DNA of 63,396 nt, counting the filler, from Sluysia triapertura (lineage: Eukaryota), in the NCBI GenBank assembly GCA_046118255.1. It is 5 parts of 5 records of this genome, joined end to end, with 100 filler letters (N's around TTAATTAATTAA, not from the genome) between each part and the next. Parts side by side here need not be neighbours in the genome. Positions count along the whole stretch, not along the records: positions 13,613 to 26,234 come from JBJNIA010094117.1; positions 26,335 to 39,683 come from JBJNIA010044905.1; 3 more parts are not named here. One strand, given 5' to 3'. The translations under genes and the position numbers were made by a program. The notes beneath the pieces were generated by a model. It saw only the letters and a list, made by a program, of their open reading frames with translations, searched no databases and was not told the origin of the DNA. Shown here in pieces: positions 14,480-28,219 of the stretch; positions within the stretch are counted from its first letter, which is position 1; every line of letters begins with the position of its first letter.

Positions 14480-15600
14480 ATGTAATACAAAATCACGAAG
14501 ACTTTACACATAAAAGTTTTTGAATTTATCTGTGTTGTTGCCAAATTGGTCGAATACAAGAATTCACAAAATATTTACCAATATGCCAATATTCATTAAT
14601 GCATCTGTTGCGTCTTTAAAAGAAATTCAATTCATGATAATTTCAAGACTCAAAAATCAAAACAAAAATTCAAACTCAATTATATAATGCAAATACAACA
14701 TTAAAAAATTATAAAAGATAATTTCAGAGTTATCGATTAAAACTAATAAAATACCCGAAAATATGGGAAAACTAATATAATTTTAAACTTTCTTTAGTAC
14801 AAAACAATATTAAATAATGATGTTAATAAATTTTTTGCTAAACAAACATAAAACTACTTCACGAATAAGCAAGGAGCACTTCCACAAAATAGCTTTATAT
14901 TTTATAAATAAACTAAAGGTTTACCTTCCCCGAACAACTTTGTGTTTTATATATTAATAAAGAGTGACTTCTCTGTAAATAAAATAGTTTTATAGAATTA
15001 ACTAAATTAAATTTAATTTAAACATGGAAACATTATCGTTGTATTGTAAAATTTATAAGCATTTCTTTTTATACTTTCTTACCATCCAATCACTCTTAAT
15101 TTCATAATCAAACACTTCTCACCTAAATCATAGAACCTCCTTTGAGAATTAAATCGACAGAAACAGTTTTGACGATTACAAGGTACGGCATGTCAAATAT
15201 GTACAGGAACGTTCTTTTCTTTTACTTTACTCTATCTATTTTTACTTAACAATCATCAGTATTGTCAATATACATAAATGTAATAATTTAATTATAGTTT
15301 TCAGAATTCAATTAAATTTTACTTTTCACACTCAATTCTCTAATGAAAAATATTTAAGGTACTCATTCTCAAACATTGCAAATTCATTTCTAGATTATCC
15401 ACTTTCAAAGCAATCATCTCATATTCAATTTATTCAACATTCTATAATTGAGAATTAATTAAAAAACACTCAGTATTAAGGCATTTCTTGCATGAGCTCG
15501 GTCAAACCACACCCTCATCGAAACCTACAAAGTTACAACTTTGACATAGTATTCCACATTCAAAGTTATTCACCAAAATGCACTTTTCTTAACCAAGTTA
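14480..15600 (-). pseudogene. MCM-family helicase-like pseudogene
   Basis: Ordered minus-strand remnants: zinc finger CQSC...PSSCKKCLNTECF; OB-fold SVDLILK..DLGEKCLIMKLRVIG (cf. SIDVILxDDLVDKCxPGDxVxVTG); Walker-B-like IGILVN...ILVFDQFG (cf. GALVLAD.G.CCIDEFD). Many stops. Confidence 0.45.
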
Positions 15601-16219
15601 ATTAAGATTTTAATTAATTAATCTATTTTTAGATTTAAATTTAATTTCACAAGAACTGTAGATGTTTTCATCTTCATCAATTTGATTACTTTCTACTTCT
15701 TTATGTTAATTATTAATGTGTCAAGTTTATCTTTATGTAGAAAAGAAAATTGAAACAGTTCAATAAAGTCGAAATGTACAAATACAATATATAAGTATAT
15801 ATTTTATTTTTTTATTAAAATTATAATATTTACAAATTTATAAAGTTATCTTGTTAGATAAAATTTCGACTTATTTATAACCATTTTATCCTAATTTTAT
15901 TATTTCATTTTAGTGAAAGTTTATTATTTATTAAAAATTTACTAATAAGTGTTCATTAATTATGACAAAAAATTACAAAATTTATAAGAAATACTCAAAT
16001 GATTACTTATACAACATTATAATTGAGGGCAATATAAAATAAAAGAACAGAACATTTTTTAAAATTTATTGCTAACAAACGTTATTATATTTACTAAATC
16101 AATTTTTTTCCAAAGCGTGTCATGCTACATCTAAACTAGTTCCAGAATCTATTAAGGTTTTATTATGGTATAGTTTATAAAATTTTACTTTAACAGTATC
16201 AATACAACTTGTTTGATTA

Positions 16220-16670
16220 TTTAATTTCTTCTTCGAATTGAGTTTTGTATCAGTTGAATTGTCATATAAGGACATTAATAATTGCCTTATTCTGTTTCTA
16301 TGAGTTAGGTGTTGACTATTGGTTGATACTAATTTCTGAAGATGACTGATTATATGTGCACGTGTAAACTTAGATCTGAACCTTGAACATACTCCATACA
16401 GATCAGCATTATAAGGATAGAATATGTTTTGCCGTTTTGCGTGTCAACAGGATAAATAGCTGTATCCTTCTATCGGATGAAATTTGACATAATAACAGTT
16501 TTCTCAATAGTTTTATCATCGTCACATTGCTTTATCTTTGTTAATGATATTTCATGTATCATTTCTACACATAGTCTATAATCATATAATTCCGGATCTT
16601 GTTCATGAATGACGTTCCTTAAACGTATATCGATCAAAGTGTTTTGTGACGAACTTAAGTCTGTACATCA
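16220..16670 (-). pseudogene. Unidentified frameshifted coding remnant
   Basis: Two long protein-like frames (DIRLRNVIHEQDPELYDYRLCVEM... and IFYPYNADLYGVCSRFRSKFTRAHIISHLQ...) with higher GC than the flanks, joined by a frameshift/stop. Confidence 0.35.
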
Positions 16671-16714
16671 TGCGTTTTAAATTTTCAAAAAAAATGATAA
16701 TAACAGTAGTGTCC

Positions 16715-16780
<66 letters not shown>
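16715..16780. repeat. (TTA)22 microsatellite
   Basis: Directly visible; creates the spurious poly-Leu ORF 16646-16900. Confidence 0.97.
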
Positions 16781-16782
<2 letters not shown>

Positions 16783-17120
16783 ATTTAATCATTATCATTT
16801 TATCAGCAGTGACACTTTGTTGTATATTTACAATTATGTGTCACTGGTGATGGTGGTAGTCATCACAGTTGATTGTTTCATTGTCATTTTAGCGTGTTAA
16901 AGCCAGTACTCGGATTACATTGGTTATCCAACCAAAATCATTTGTGTAAAAATGTTATTTGGATAATTTGGTTGTATAACCAATCAACAAAAGAGAATAA
17001 TTACAAAAGTTGCAAAATTAATAATTAATGATGAAATAAAGTTTTAAAAAATTTGTTGACAAAATATAATAAATTAAACGCAATAAAATAATTCTCAATT
17101 ATACATTTGTCATAAAAATT

Positions 17121-17890
17121 ATGGAAAACGGTGTTTCGAGTTTAGCTGAGGAGGATTTTTTGATTTGGATATTTATGAAAATACTGTTGGCCCAACTAAT
17201 ATATATCATAGTGCAACTTGTGTATTATCATCATTAACGGTTTATCAACATCGTGATAAATTGTCGAGACATTTAAAACCAAAATTAGCAACTGACAAAA
17301 CTTTAATGATAATGTTTAAAAAGTATTACCAATGATTGAGAAAGACTCTTTTAGTAGTGAAATCTCACCTCAAACCGAACAAAAAGATTCGGGTCCTCTC
17401 GACAGAAGTAAAAACAGTCATCGTATATTTGAATTGATGTCACAAAGTATTGTAAAATCTAGTGACATCATTGTCATGATACCTGTTGTAGATCTACCTG
17501 TTTTAAATATCATTTCTTTATCATATGTTATGAAATTGTCTACTTACGAATGTAATAAAAAGATTACCACAGTCGTAGTAGATAAACGACAAAGTAATGT
17601 CTAGTCCTGAGACATAGTGACTATGCTACTCGTCATTTTGATTGTTCCGACGAAGTGGGCTGTCATGTTGATGGCAACAAGTACTTAAGCAATAATAGTA
17701 TGTGTCCAAAACCTCATCTAAATAATACTATATTTATTGTGATTTTAAAAGTTTATAAAGAGATTAATTTTGATAATTTTTGTAAATATTATAAATCATA
17801 CAGTAGTTGGATTCTTGATCATCAGAAAAGCATGAACCGTCTTTCAAAAATTTTAGAAAATTTGAAACTGTCTACTGTAGATACTTTTTA
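17121..17890 (+). pseudogene. Decayed gene with LDL-receptor class A-like motif
   Basis: ATG at 17121 and protein-like frames broken by frameshifts; HSDYATRHFDCSDEVGC near 17610-17665 matches the LDLa D(C)SDExxC motif. Confidence 0.35.
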
Positions 17891-18985
17891 ACTGAAGATT
17901 GCTTTCTTCATTATGACTACAGCGGCGTGAGTGTAATTATATTATTTTTTGTGATATATTATTATGTTAATAAGAAGTTAAATTTTGTTATTTTTTTCAA
18001 ATCGTTAATTTGCAAAGGCTTTAAGCCTAATTTATTATAGGTTTAAAATTTAATGTTAATCGTTTGTTTTCAATTAAATGTTTAACACTTTCTATTAAAG
18101 ATATAAAATTAAATATAAATAAATACAATTCATTAATATTTGACAAGCAAAAGTGTCCCACACTTTTACAATAGGAGCATACACATCACAAATTAAAAAT
18201 TTGAGGAGGATAAAGACTTTTGCATATTAATAAACTAGTCGCGTGAATTTGTAAGTTGTGCGAGATATGATGATGCTATAGAATGGATGAAATGTTCATG
18301 AATGAGTTTAAAGTGAATTGTATTTATGGATTTAACAAGAGAATGATGTGTGCGGGTTTGGCAATACAGTGGATATATATTAGTATTATTATTATTATTA
18401 ACCTTACTAGATATAGAATTGGTTTATATTCTATAAAGATGCGTACTTAACCTTTTAAGTATTCCCCTAAAGGCGAACCCAGAGTTGAGAAAATCATAAA
18501 ATAAATTTTAAAAGAAAAACATCAAAATAAAAGAAAGCTATCTTCAAAATGAAAGAAAATATTTTCTTTTCAATATAATAAAATGTCATAGAAGTAGATC
18601 ATCTATTAATTATGAAATTTTAATTTATGTTTGTAGTATGAAACAGCTTTAAAAATCTAATAAAATTTAATCTTTGTATTACTCAGTTTTGATTATATAA
18701 AGTTTATACTAACTACGCATATAACACTTAATTTTAAACCACTTAACTTAGTTATTCATTGGGTGTAACAGAAATTTTGATATTTTTAAAATTTTATTTC
18801 ATCGATGATGAAACTGATAAATAGTTTTTGTTATTTTAATTTGTATTTTATTTTAAAGTATTGTATCATATTATTTTATATAAATTGTTCGATTATATCA
18901 AATTAAAGTATTTAAAAATTAGGAATAACAATAAACTGAATATTATTTCTGCATTTATATAAAAATGTGCATTGACATTCTTATA

Positions 18986-19260
18986 CAGGGCGAGTCAGAA
19001 GTAACCGGGCAGTCAAAACGACACAAGTTATAAAAATCCAATTTATTATTACATATTAAAATTATATAATCTAACGGAATAAATGCTCAAAATGTTAGCC
19101 GCCTTCTTCAAAGCTTTTTGCAATCCTTCGAACAACCGAACGGCAAACACTTCGGCATAAGTATTCACTAATTTCTGTGCAAGAATTCATTATCATTGTC
19201 ACGAGTTGATTTTTCGATCTCGACTTTTTTGGCATACACCTTGATTGGACTATTTGTAAG
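18986..19260 (-). mobile_element. Mariner-like (DD41D/DD37D-type) transposon 3' end
   Basis: TA|CAGGGCG terminus at 18986. Minus frame IKVYAKKSRSKNQLVTMI...RRIAKSFEEGG*HFEHLFR matches the GGHFEHL C-terminus of these transposases. Confidence 0.75.
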
Positions 19261-19519
19261 ATATGTTCACATGACCTTCTTAGTGAGTTTAGATCAAGAA
19301 ATCAACCGATTGATCGATGTAAACGCACTTCTATGCACTTAGACTAAATTATTAGATTAAAACAGGAAAAATATGTTTTTCTTTGATTTTCTTAATATTT
19401 GCTCATTATTGATTGTGTAATAGCGATGTATAATAGAGGTATGTACTAAATCGCGAGGAATGATAGATATTTGGTGAAAATTTCTACGATGAATCGTAAA
19501 GCTATCAGTATAACTTTGT

Positions 19520-19720
19520 CACATGGAGACTTGTAGACAATAGTTTGCAACCCAGAAGAAAGCCTAAGTTGACACTATGGATGATCAGTAAAAGGTGGCA
19601 TAGGCTAAGCAACATCAACATTTAACTGAGGGTGACTGAAGGAGTCAAGTATGTTTTAGTGACGAGTCGTGCTTTCCAATATTGGATGATAAGACCAATG
19701 AGAAGGTTCATCCTGATTAA
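19520..19720 (+). mobile_element. Tc1-like (DD34E) transposase fragment
   Basis: RRKPKLT...KR...AKQHQHLTEGD*R.QVCFSDESCF, containing the first catalytic D (FSDES); frameshifted. Confidence 0.75.
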
Positions 19721-19773
19721 TAGTTTCATAGTATCCTTAAATAATGTTGAATTTTATCACAAAAAAGGTCTTT

Positions 19774-20755
19774 AGTTAAATAAATTCTGCTTTAAAACCA
19801 CATGACACATTATACAAACTTTTATTTAAGAGACTATACAAATTATTTTACAAAATTAGTATTTCATTAATGTTCCTGAGTTTTTTAGTACCACTGCACA
19901 CCTTATTGTCACCGAATTAATCAATGTATTTACACTTTTTATTTCAATCTTTTCCCAAACATCCAATATTGCACTTTTAAACTCAGATATATTATTATAC
20001 TGTTTTCCTTGACTGTACACCTTAAAGGATAATTGAGAGCATAAATTTTCTATTCGATTGTGACCAGAGGATCTTGATGGGATTTAACACTTTTAATCCA
20101 TCTTCACTGAACTTATTAAATGCAATTTTGGTCGGTGACTTGAAGAGTTAGTATTTTCTGGAAGTTTGACATATCATAGGTGAAATTTTTATCAAATCAT
20201 AGTACTTGTCACCATTAAGAGTTTATTGAACCATACGTAAAGCTAGCTTTTTATCATAAATTATGGCACCCATACCATAACTGATTATCCGTCACAAATT
20301 CATTTAGAAAATATTTCTTTTGAATCCTTTACATGATGCCAGTAGTATTTATAACCATCAGGACCATCCAAAGTAAATTTATTCTCATCTGAGAATATTT
20401 CCTGGTCCAGTCAGTGTAGTTATTAATATGATTTTCGTCAAAGTTAATTCTTGATATTTTGTGAGCAAACGGAGGTTTAGCAAGCATTTCAATGAATTCG
20501 ACCTCACCACTATTTTTAATATTCTCCATATTTTACTTCAGTTTAGCTCTAAATCTGACATTATGAGAGTTGTAGAAAATGTATTTTTTGCATACCACAT
20601 TAAACTCATTTTCTGACGATTAGAAAATGCCTCTAGTCGGCCCATTTGTTTCCATTGCTTTTTATAACTATTATTCAGTTAAATAGATATCGCATGTCTT
20701 GATCTATTTAACTTTTTGGAAATACTCGCATTACTTTCCCATTTTTTAATTTAAA
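19774..20755 (-). mobile_element. Tc3-like transposase pseudogene, near full length
   Basis: ISKKLNRSRHAI (HTH); FSDENKFTLDGPDGYKYYWH...SVMVWG; PSRSSGHNRIENL (SPDLNPIENLW position); VYSQGKQYNNISEFKSAILDVWEKI. Closely follows the C. elegans Tc3 motifs, with stops and frameshifts. Confidence 0.9.
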
Positions 20756-20760
20756 AAATA

Positions 20761-21086
20761 CAATATTGGATGCTCGGGAAAAGATTGAAATAAAAAGCCT
20801 AAATGCATTGGTTAATTCGATGATGAAAAAGTCCGTGATGGTATTAAAACTCAGGAATATCAATAAAATACTAATTTTGTACAGAAACTTAAATAAAAAG
20901 TTTCTGTGTCCTGTAGTTTTAAAACAGAATTTATTTAACTACATGCAATATCGTAATTAGAAACTATAAATAAGTAATAGTTTATTCGTGTTTTATTTGC
21001 TAAATAGTATTGTTAATTTGATATAATATAAATTGTGTTTACATATAAAGCAAAAAAATAGGGTGTCCTATACTTTTGAAAGAGGG
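20761..21086 (+). mobile_element. Second Tc3-like copy, 3' end with terminal repeat, inverted relative to the first
   Basis: 20761-20941 is a diverged reverse complement of 19774-19971. It ends GTGTCCTATACTTTTGAAAGAGGG|TA, a Tc1-type terminus followed by TA. Confidence 0.8.
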
Positions 21087-22241
21087 TATGATTTCTTCCG
21101 AACTTGGTAAAAGTATTTGACATTCAATGTTTGAAGATTCGAAGAAAATAATTAAAATCTTGATAATTTGAAGTTATATGAATTTCAGCTTTTAGGTTTA
21201 TAATCGATTAATTTTTATTGAAAGTTTTCAGAAATACTTAAGTATAGTTAATTATTTTCTAAGTATAGAATTAATTATTTTCTGAAATATGTTTGTTTCT
21301 TTTAGAATAATGGTCTCTTTACATTTGTAATAAAATGATTGAAACAAAAGTAGAAGCTCCTAGAAAAAATGATCATCCTGAGTTTCCTTTACCAAGATAA
21401 CTTTGTATTGAGAATTTTTAAGTGTTAACTCAGTCGTTAATTTATCATTATTGAATTTAATATCGTTTATAGATAAATCGATGGATCTAACAATAAAGAT
21501 GTGCTCAAATGCAACAGTACTTGACTAGTCTTAATGTTGGTATTAACCAACCTTTAGGATGAGTGAAGTAGACGTGGTATTGGATGGATGCATTAAGAGT
21601 TGATATAAGATAATAGGTAAAGCATAATGAAGACAACAGCATCTGTAATCATTTTAGGCATTATATAATACCTTGGAAACACTTTGAGATTCTTGCAGGA
21701 ATTTGGGATTAACTTGAAAACTGTTTGGAGAATTGAGACAATTTAAGATAATGTGAACTTTCGAAAAGATTTTAAGACTTAGTTTATCTTGTAAAATATT
21801 TTAAATATTTAAAATACTTTTGAAATATAATTATTGTTACCGATAGCCAAAACAACCCTAATAATTGTCGTATATAGGTAGAAAAAGGAGTCGGAATGGT
21901 GAAATTGAAATACTGTAAGAATCTTCTTAAGTCATTAAAGACTATATGTAAGTGATGAAAAGAATGCAGCCTGCATTCTCTCATATTTTGATGAAATTTA
22001 TATAAATTAAAAGTGATAATTTCGAAAACATAGTCTAATATTTATTAAGTATAATATATTATTAAAATTTATGAGCACTTAAATTCAAATAACGTGAATT
22101 AATATCACCAGTTTTTAACGGTTTAAAAATTAAAAACGTGAATTCACGTCATCTACTCTCAATGTGATAAGCACCTAACAAATTTAGAATCTTAATAAAA
22201 CTTTTAAGCATAAAATGGGACAAGTTTAAAAAATAGATTAA

Positions 22242-22472
22242 CCCTTTCAATGCTGCGAGGACTTAAGTTCCAGAGAATGTTCAAAAATTACTGGGATATA
22301 TTTATCCCAAAATTAAACTAATGCAGGAACATATGTGTTCCAAGGCATTTTTTCAAAAACCATATTTTCTAAAAATCTGAAATTATTCAAACATGTTCCT
22401 TTACTTATTTACAGCACATTTAGTTCAAATATACAGAAATATCTTCACTGGCCAAAAGTCGTATTGAAAGGG
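22242..22472. mobile_element. piggyBac-type MITE (231 bp)
   Basis: TTAA|CCCTTTCAATGC ... GTATTGAAAGGG|TTAA: TIR with 11 of 12 bases matching and TTAA on both sides. Confidence 0.9.
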
Positions 22473-22844
22473 TTAAAGATTAAAATCTTAATTGAAGAAA
22501 AAGTAGGTTTTTATAAAATAATGATGAATGATGAATGTTATGATAAAAGTATTAATGCGTATGAATTCATTATAAATAAACCGTTTAATATAATTATGAC
22601 TTAACTGAGTTTATGCAACGAAAACTTTAATATTGCGCAAAGTCGAATTTTAATTAGATCTTAAAATTAAAATATCAAATTCTTCATATGTATAATGATG
22701 AAATGAGACAAACTAAACAGGTTTGAATGGTAGAAATCTAGAAATAAACTTGAAGTATTTATATAATTTTTTAAGATTGAGAAATGGGTATCTTTTCCAC
22801 CTGAATAATTGAATATTAATTAAATTCTAAAAACTAAAAATTTT

Positions 22845-23150
22845 TACACGTTTTATCACAAATGAATATTTCTTACATAAACAAAACACTAAATAAATTA
22901 CTTGTGTCATTTAAGGAACTTTACATAGTCATTGTATATAATTATCATTTATTATGTTTATTGTTACTCTAACATCTATTACAATAATAACTCACATAAT
23001 AATTTCATATCGTCGTAACTCTATCGGCATTGTTACATTAAACTATAAAATAATTCTATTATAATTTTAATCTCACAATCGTTACCATTATGATTTTATT
23101 ACTATTACAGGTATCTTATTTGTTTTCATTTCTCTTTTGTTTTTATGCAT
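22845..23150 (+). repeat. Dispersed ~280-300 bp repeat family, copy 3
   Basis: Aligns to 11895-12200. Confidence 0.65.
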
Positions 23151-23449
23151 GTCTAGATGTAATTATGCATATATGTTTGCACTTCTGTATGCGTGTTTAT
23201 TCTTTTTCACTATTCTTTTTATATTTTATTACTTTATGTACTTTTATATTGAGATCTCCTTTCAAAACATGAATAATGTAACTCAAATTTATCAAGTTCC
23301 AATTGCAAATTTTATAAATTTATGTGGTATGACGTTTGTTTTTACAACCATACGAAGTTTACACATTAATGATATTTTTGAAATCTTACCAGCTTTATAT
23401 TGTTGGAGTATTACACTAATATTTTATCATATGTATACTTGATTCAAAA

Positions 23450-24716
23450 TGCAAATATTATTGCATATCCACTATGGTTTTGATATAAATTTAATTATTA
23501 TCAACTCCGTATTCTTGTTAATTGCTAAAATTAGATTTTATATCGGTATTATTCAATCAACTGCTAAAATTGTCTAACTTAATCAGCCATAGTAATATTT
23601 TATTTTAGTGAATTCGATGCAAATATTACTGTGAATACTAATCCAACAGAAGAAAATGAAATAATTTTTAAGTTAAATTTGACATAGGGTTCAAAAATAC
23701 ATGAAATTTATATAAATTTTCTTGCATTTGAAAACATCAATCCTCCTTGGAATAATAAGTACCAACGTGAAGATTTTGTAATCGATTGTTTGGATTTCTA
23801 GTGATGAATTATTTTCTACAAAAAAAATCATTCACAGATATGTGCTACTGATACCTGTTATTCGAATGGTCCAACCACAAGTATATTATGTAGGTTGCGA
23901 ACTTGGAAACAGTAAAGAGTTCATACAGCATAAAATGTTCATGTCTTTACATGGTGCAGCTCAAATTTTTAATGATTTTCGAAGACAAGTAAATTATAAT
24001 AGTGCGAAAGAAAACTCTCAAAATCCAGCATTCGTCAATATCGAACAGAAAAATTGACTAATTAAATACAATGGAATCAGATTATCATTGGCTCTGTCAA
24101 ATGTTTGCTGATTACCAAGCTATTATTTATCACTATGATATGATTAATATAAAATACGGTGAATTAGAAAATCAAATTTATGATGCAGATTAAACAGTTG
24201 GAAAATATAAAGACAAATAGAATTTTTGGAAAATAAACTCGAAAGTTATAATCACAATTTCCACTGCAATCGAAATCATTTATGCGATATTAACAAGCAC
24301 AGTTGCATGAGTCATTAAATAGAAAATTCTAATTTTCATAACCATGGAAAACGTCACTGTTCTCACAAAAGAAAATATCGAGTTTTATTTAGATAAAGAT
24401 AAGTCACGTTCAAAATCACGGTATTCTATTCTAATCCTGATTTGTATTCAAGAGAAAGTCCAGTTTTACAAGTTCAAAATCGTGGAAAAACAGGAAATAA
24501 TGCTAATTTTTGTTTTTAAAAACTTGGAGCTCGTCATGATGTGCTTCAATGAAGAAAAGGACACTAGAATCTGAACTTTGTCATGTTCGTCTATTGGTAT
24601 TGGAGGTACAGCACATGGAGATAAAGAACACATTGACGATGAGCTTGATAAAATAGATTTGAAATTATCATCAATTCGAAGAGCATTAAAACAATCAAAA
24701 CAAATGTATTACTAAT
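23450..24716 (+). pseudogene. Unidentified decayed coding region
   Basis: Series of protein-like frames with stops, ending ...HGDKEHIDDELDKIDLKLSSIRRALKQSKQMYY*. Family not recognised. Confidence 0.3.
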
Positions 24717-24952
24717 ATTAATGTTATTTTGAATTTTTGATTAAATTTCATTTGAAATACGTAAAGAATTAAAAATAAGTTTTTCGTTAGCAATAAGATG
24801 CAAACATAATCGAACATGATTAGTTATCTTGTAAATGAATATGAATATTCTATGTTTTATTTATGTATTTGAAATTTTGTATTGGCTTATTCACTAACAG
24901 CACTAATTATTTACTAATTATTTTGTAATCTGCATTTTCTTTATGTACCTGC

Positions 24953-24990
<38 letters not shown>

Positions 24991-26234
24991 AATTTATTAA
25001 TATTAATAATAATCATTGTTAATTTCTGAAAAATTATTACGATGTTTATGACAAGTAATTATTATGATGCTTCTATTTGAAGTTTGCTATTATTTATGCA
25101 CATTTTATCATTTATAAATGGTATATTCATTAACTTTACTAACTTAGGTTCTATCCTAGCTGAAATATCAATTTATCTAAGTATAATTCATATTCAATAT
25201 GCAGTTCGTGATATTGGCATTCTTGCAAAAGTTGTAATTAATATCATACCATATGAAATAAGTTTAGATATGTTACTTTATTATACATTAAAAATTCATT
25301 AAATTTATGGGTTTCGTTTTATTTAATTTTGCTTACTTGATGTTAAGATATATATTATATGATATGAATTATATATATGAATTATATTATCTTCAAAAAT
25401 ATTTTAATGAAAATATTAATTTTCTTTTAACTGGACTCTACCTTTTATTTTACTCTGCTAATATATTTAAAATTATGTCAAGTGTCAAAATTTTTGTGCA
25501 AGTATCAATTCAAGTCCTTTGATATGTAAGAAATTGACCTCTAATCATTCTTGTTCAATAATCCATTATACTGAAGTAGGCAGACTAGTTGTCAAACTGA
25601 TCAAACTTGTATTAGAATTTTTAAATGAACCTGTCGTCATAAATATAGGTTTATTTATATTTGTGAGAACTTTAGAATTAAAAAATTAATTTAAAGCTGT
25701 GAGTTCACCAACGTACTGGACTTACCAGCGAGGGCCAGCCGTTGGATTTTTACTAAAGAAAAAGTGTTTTAATAAAGTCTCAGAACTTCTTGACTAAAAA
25801 CCTGGAGGTAACATAATATTATTTAAATCTATCCTATTAACTTAAAAATAATTTTGCATGAATCCTATATTAAGGATTCTTTATCTTTTAATTAAGAATT
25901 ATTTTATTTATTCAGTTATAACTCACCACGTTTGTTCAGGAAGGTTTATTACAAAAAATATAATAATAAAATAATAATAATACAAATTTTCACGAATTAC
26001 TAATGTAATTTAAATATCAACAGAATTTAAAAGAGATTTTTCAATGATCTCTGATAAGATCATAAACATTAAAATAGATTAATTAATTTACCTAGATTTT
26101 ACAATGATATTAAATAATATCAACCTTAATAAAAATAATCTAACGTGTACAATTGATAGATAAAAAATCGTTTTTTCCAGAGAATGGATCAAAATTTATG
26201 TGAACTAAATCTTCTTTTAGAATTTTATCGTCGA

Positions 26235-26334
26235 NNNNNNNNNNNNNNNNNNNNNNNNNNNNNNNNNNNNNNNNNNNNTTAATTAATTAANNNNNNNNNN
26301 NNNNNNNNNNNNNNNNNNNNNNNNNNNNNNNNNN
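26235..26334. other. Artificial contig linker
   Basis: N44-TTAATTAATTAA-N44. Confidence 0.97.
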
Positions 26335-26769
26335 TATTATTATTATTATTACTATTATTATTATTATTATTATAACATCAGTAGCACGAACAACATATGT
26401 CGTGATTCAAATGAATATTGAATTAGTACGAAGATTTATTTATTAGCACAATCACTTATTTATTTATTTATTACAAGTACCTGTCATTTTGCATTTATAT
26501 ATATAACTTTTATGATAAGAAAGTGTTGTATAAATATTTAATTCGTTTTTTGTCATTATCATCGTTATATGTTTAAACGAAAGGCTTACCATTTTATTTT
26601 TGATTGTACAATTACTTATTTTTGTTTTCTGTTAAAATACTAATCATGCTTACTGATTCTTGTACTTATTATATTTATTGTTATTATTGGTTTATTTAAA
26701 AAAATAGTAAAACATTAATATCATGTTTAATAACAAGATTAATTCCATTATTGATTATTTTATAATCAC

Positions 26770-26826
<57 letters not shown>
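26770..26826. repeat. (TAA)19 microsatellite
   Basis: Directly visible. Confidence 0.95.
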
Positions 26827-26831
<5 letters not shown>

Positions 26832-27529
26832 AGAAAACTATAACAATAATGACTTAGTAATCACGTTTCTATTAATATTTATGATGCAGTTTGTTAGCCA
26901 AACCTCTGATTTAGATTTTAGCATAAGCTCTTCGTAAGTGTTCAGCTATTACCTGTACACAAACCCTTCATAGGCATTGACTATCCTTACATTTCTTAAT
27001 TTATTAGTTTCGTTTATTACTAGAATTTTCCGAGTATTATTTTATTTTGTGACTTAAGTCGTACTAGTACTTATATAATACTATATTACTATATTTCGTA
27101 GTGAAGTAATCGATATTTCGGAATTTTCCGCCTATTTTCGAGTTGTCATTTTAATAGTATTTAATAGCATTATTAATAGCATATTTAATGTCATTATTTA
27201 TATCAGCACCTCAAATAACATTTGGTCTGTAACGATTTAAAATTATTTATTTTATAAAATTGCTTTTATTTAGTTAAATATTAATTTCTATAAGATGTTC
27301 TTATTTGATTTTTAAAACTTGTTAGGAAAAAATTACTTTTTATGAAATTTAAGGAAAATTATAAATAATAAATTTATAAATAATAAGCAAAAATCTGTAT
27401 GCATATAAAATTTTATTTGTTGTATCAAAATATAAAAATTTAATCTTTATAATGTTTGTTCCGTATATGTTGTTTTCTGATGACCATGTTTCACTATCTG
27501 AAAAATAATCAAGTTATTTTTAATGTAAT

Positions 27530-27960
27530 CGTAAAAAAATATTTACCCTATCATTACCAACAGAACTAATGTTATCAAATATTTCTTGAGTTGATACGCC
27601 GATACTCACGAGTAAGTTTGTGAGTCTACAGTGATGACCCGTTCGGAATGCATAATTGATTTTATCGTCCAGCAATTGATTAACAGTGTGTATGTACACA
27701 CAGTTAGATTCGAATTTTGTACATGCACCATTTTTGTAAGCGGTATATGGGCAAAGTACTGGTTTACGACATACATCTGTACTTTATAAATCGTTGCGAC
27801 GTAATTGCGACGAATTGAATTAACAGCAACGGGTAGGATGGACATTAAATTCTCGAATATATCATTAGCATATTGTTCATTACGAGAATCAGTATAATGA
27901 TTTACTGGGCACTTCTTCAAAAACCTTTTTCACATGTGTCTTTATCATCTTTGTTTAACT
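27530..27960 (-). pseudogene. CCCH zinc-finger gene remnant (PARP12/ZC3HAV1-like spacing)
   Basis: LCPYTAYKNGACTKFESNCVYIH is a C-C-C-H finger; a second partial finger (KKCPVNH) lies in another frame. Confidence 0.4.
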
Positions 27961-28219
27961 CGGATGAGTTAATTGGTCGAGTTTATATGAGATTAATTTT
28001 ACGCTTGCATTCATTGTTAGAATCTCAAAAGGTTTAATCTTTTCTATTTTCAATACACAATTTTCTTTAGCTTGTGTATTCTCTTATATATTTTAGAGTA
28101 ATCAATCACTTTAATACGACTCATTATATCTCTTCTTATTCGAAAATTCAGCATCTTTAAGTCATCTCAAATTTATCTTTACTATTTTCAAGTAACTCTG
28201 TACGAGTTCGTATCATAAA

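Noticed and set aside
16646-16900. Poly-Leu membrane ORF (and poly-Tyr ORF 44111-44413)
   Set aside because: Translation of a (TTA)n microsatellite.
21300-21990. LINE ORF2 remnant on the minus strand, with a short similarity to 3230-3270
   Set aside because: Motifs are too eroded to support a feature call by eye.
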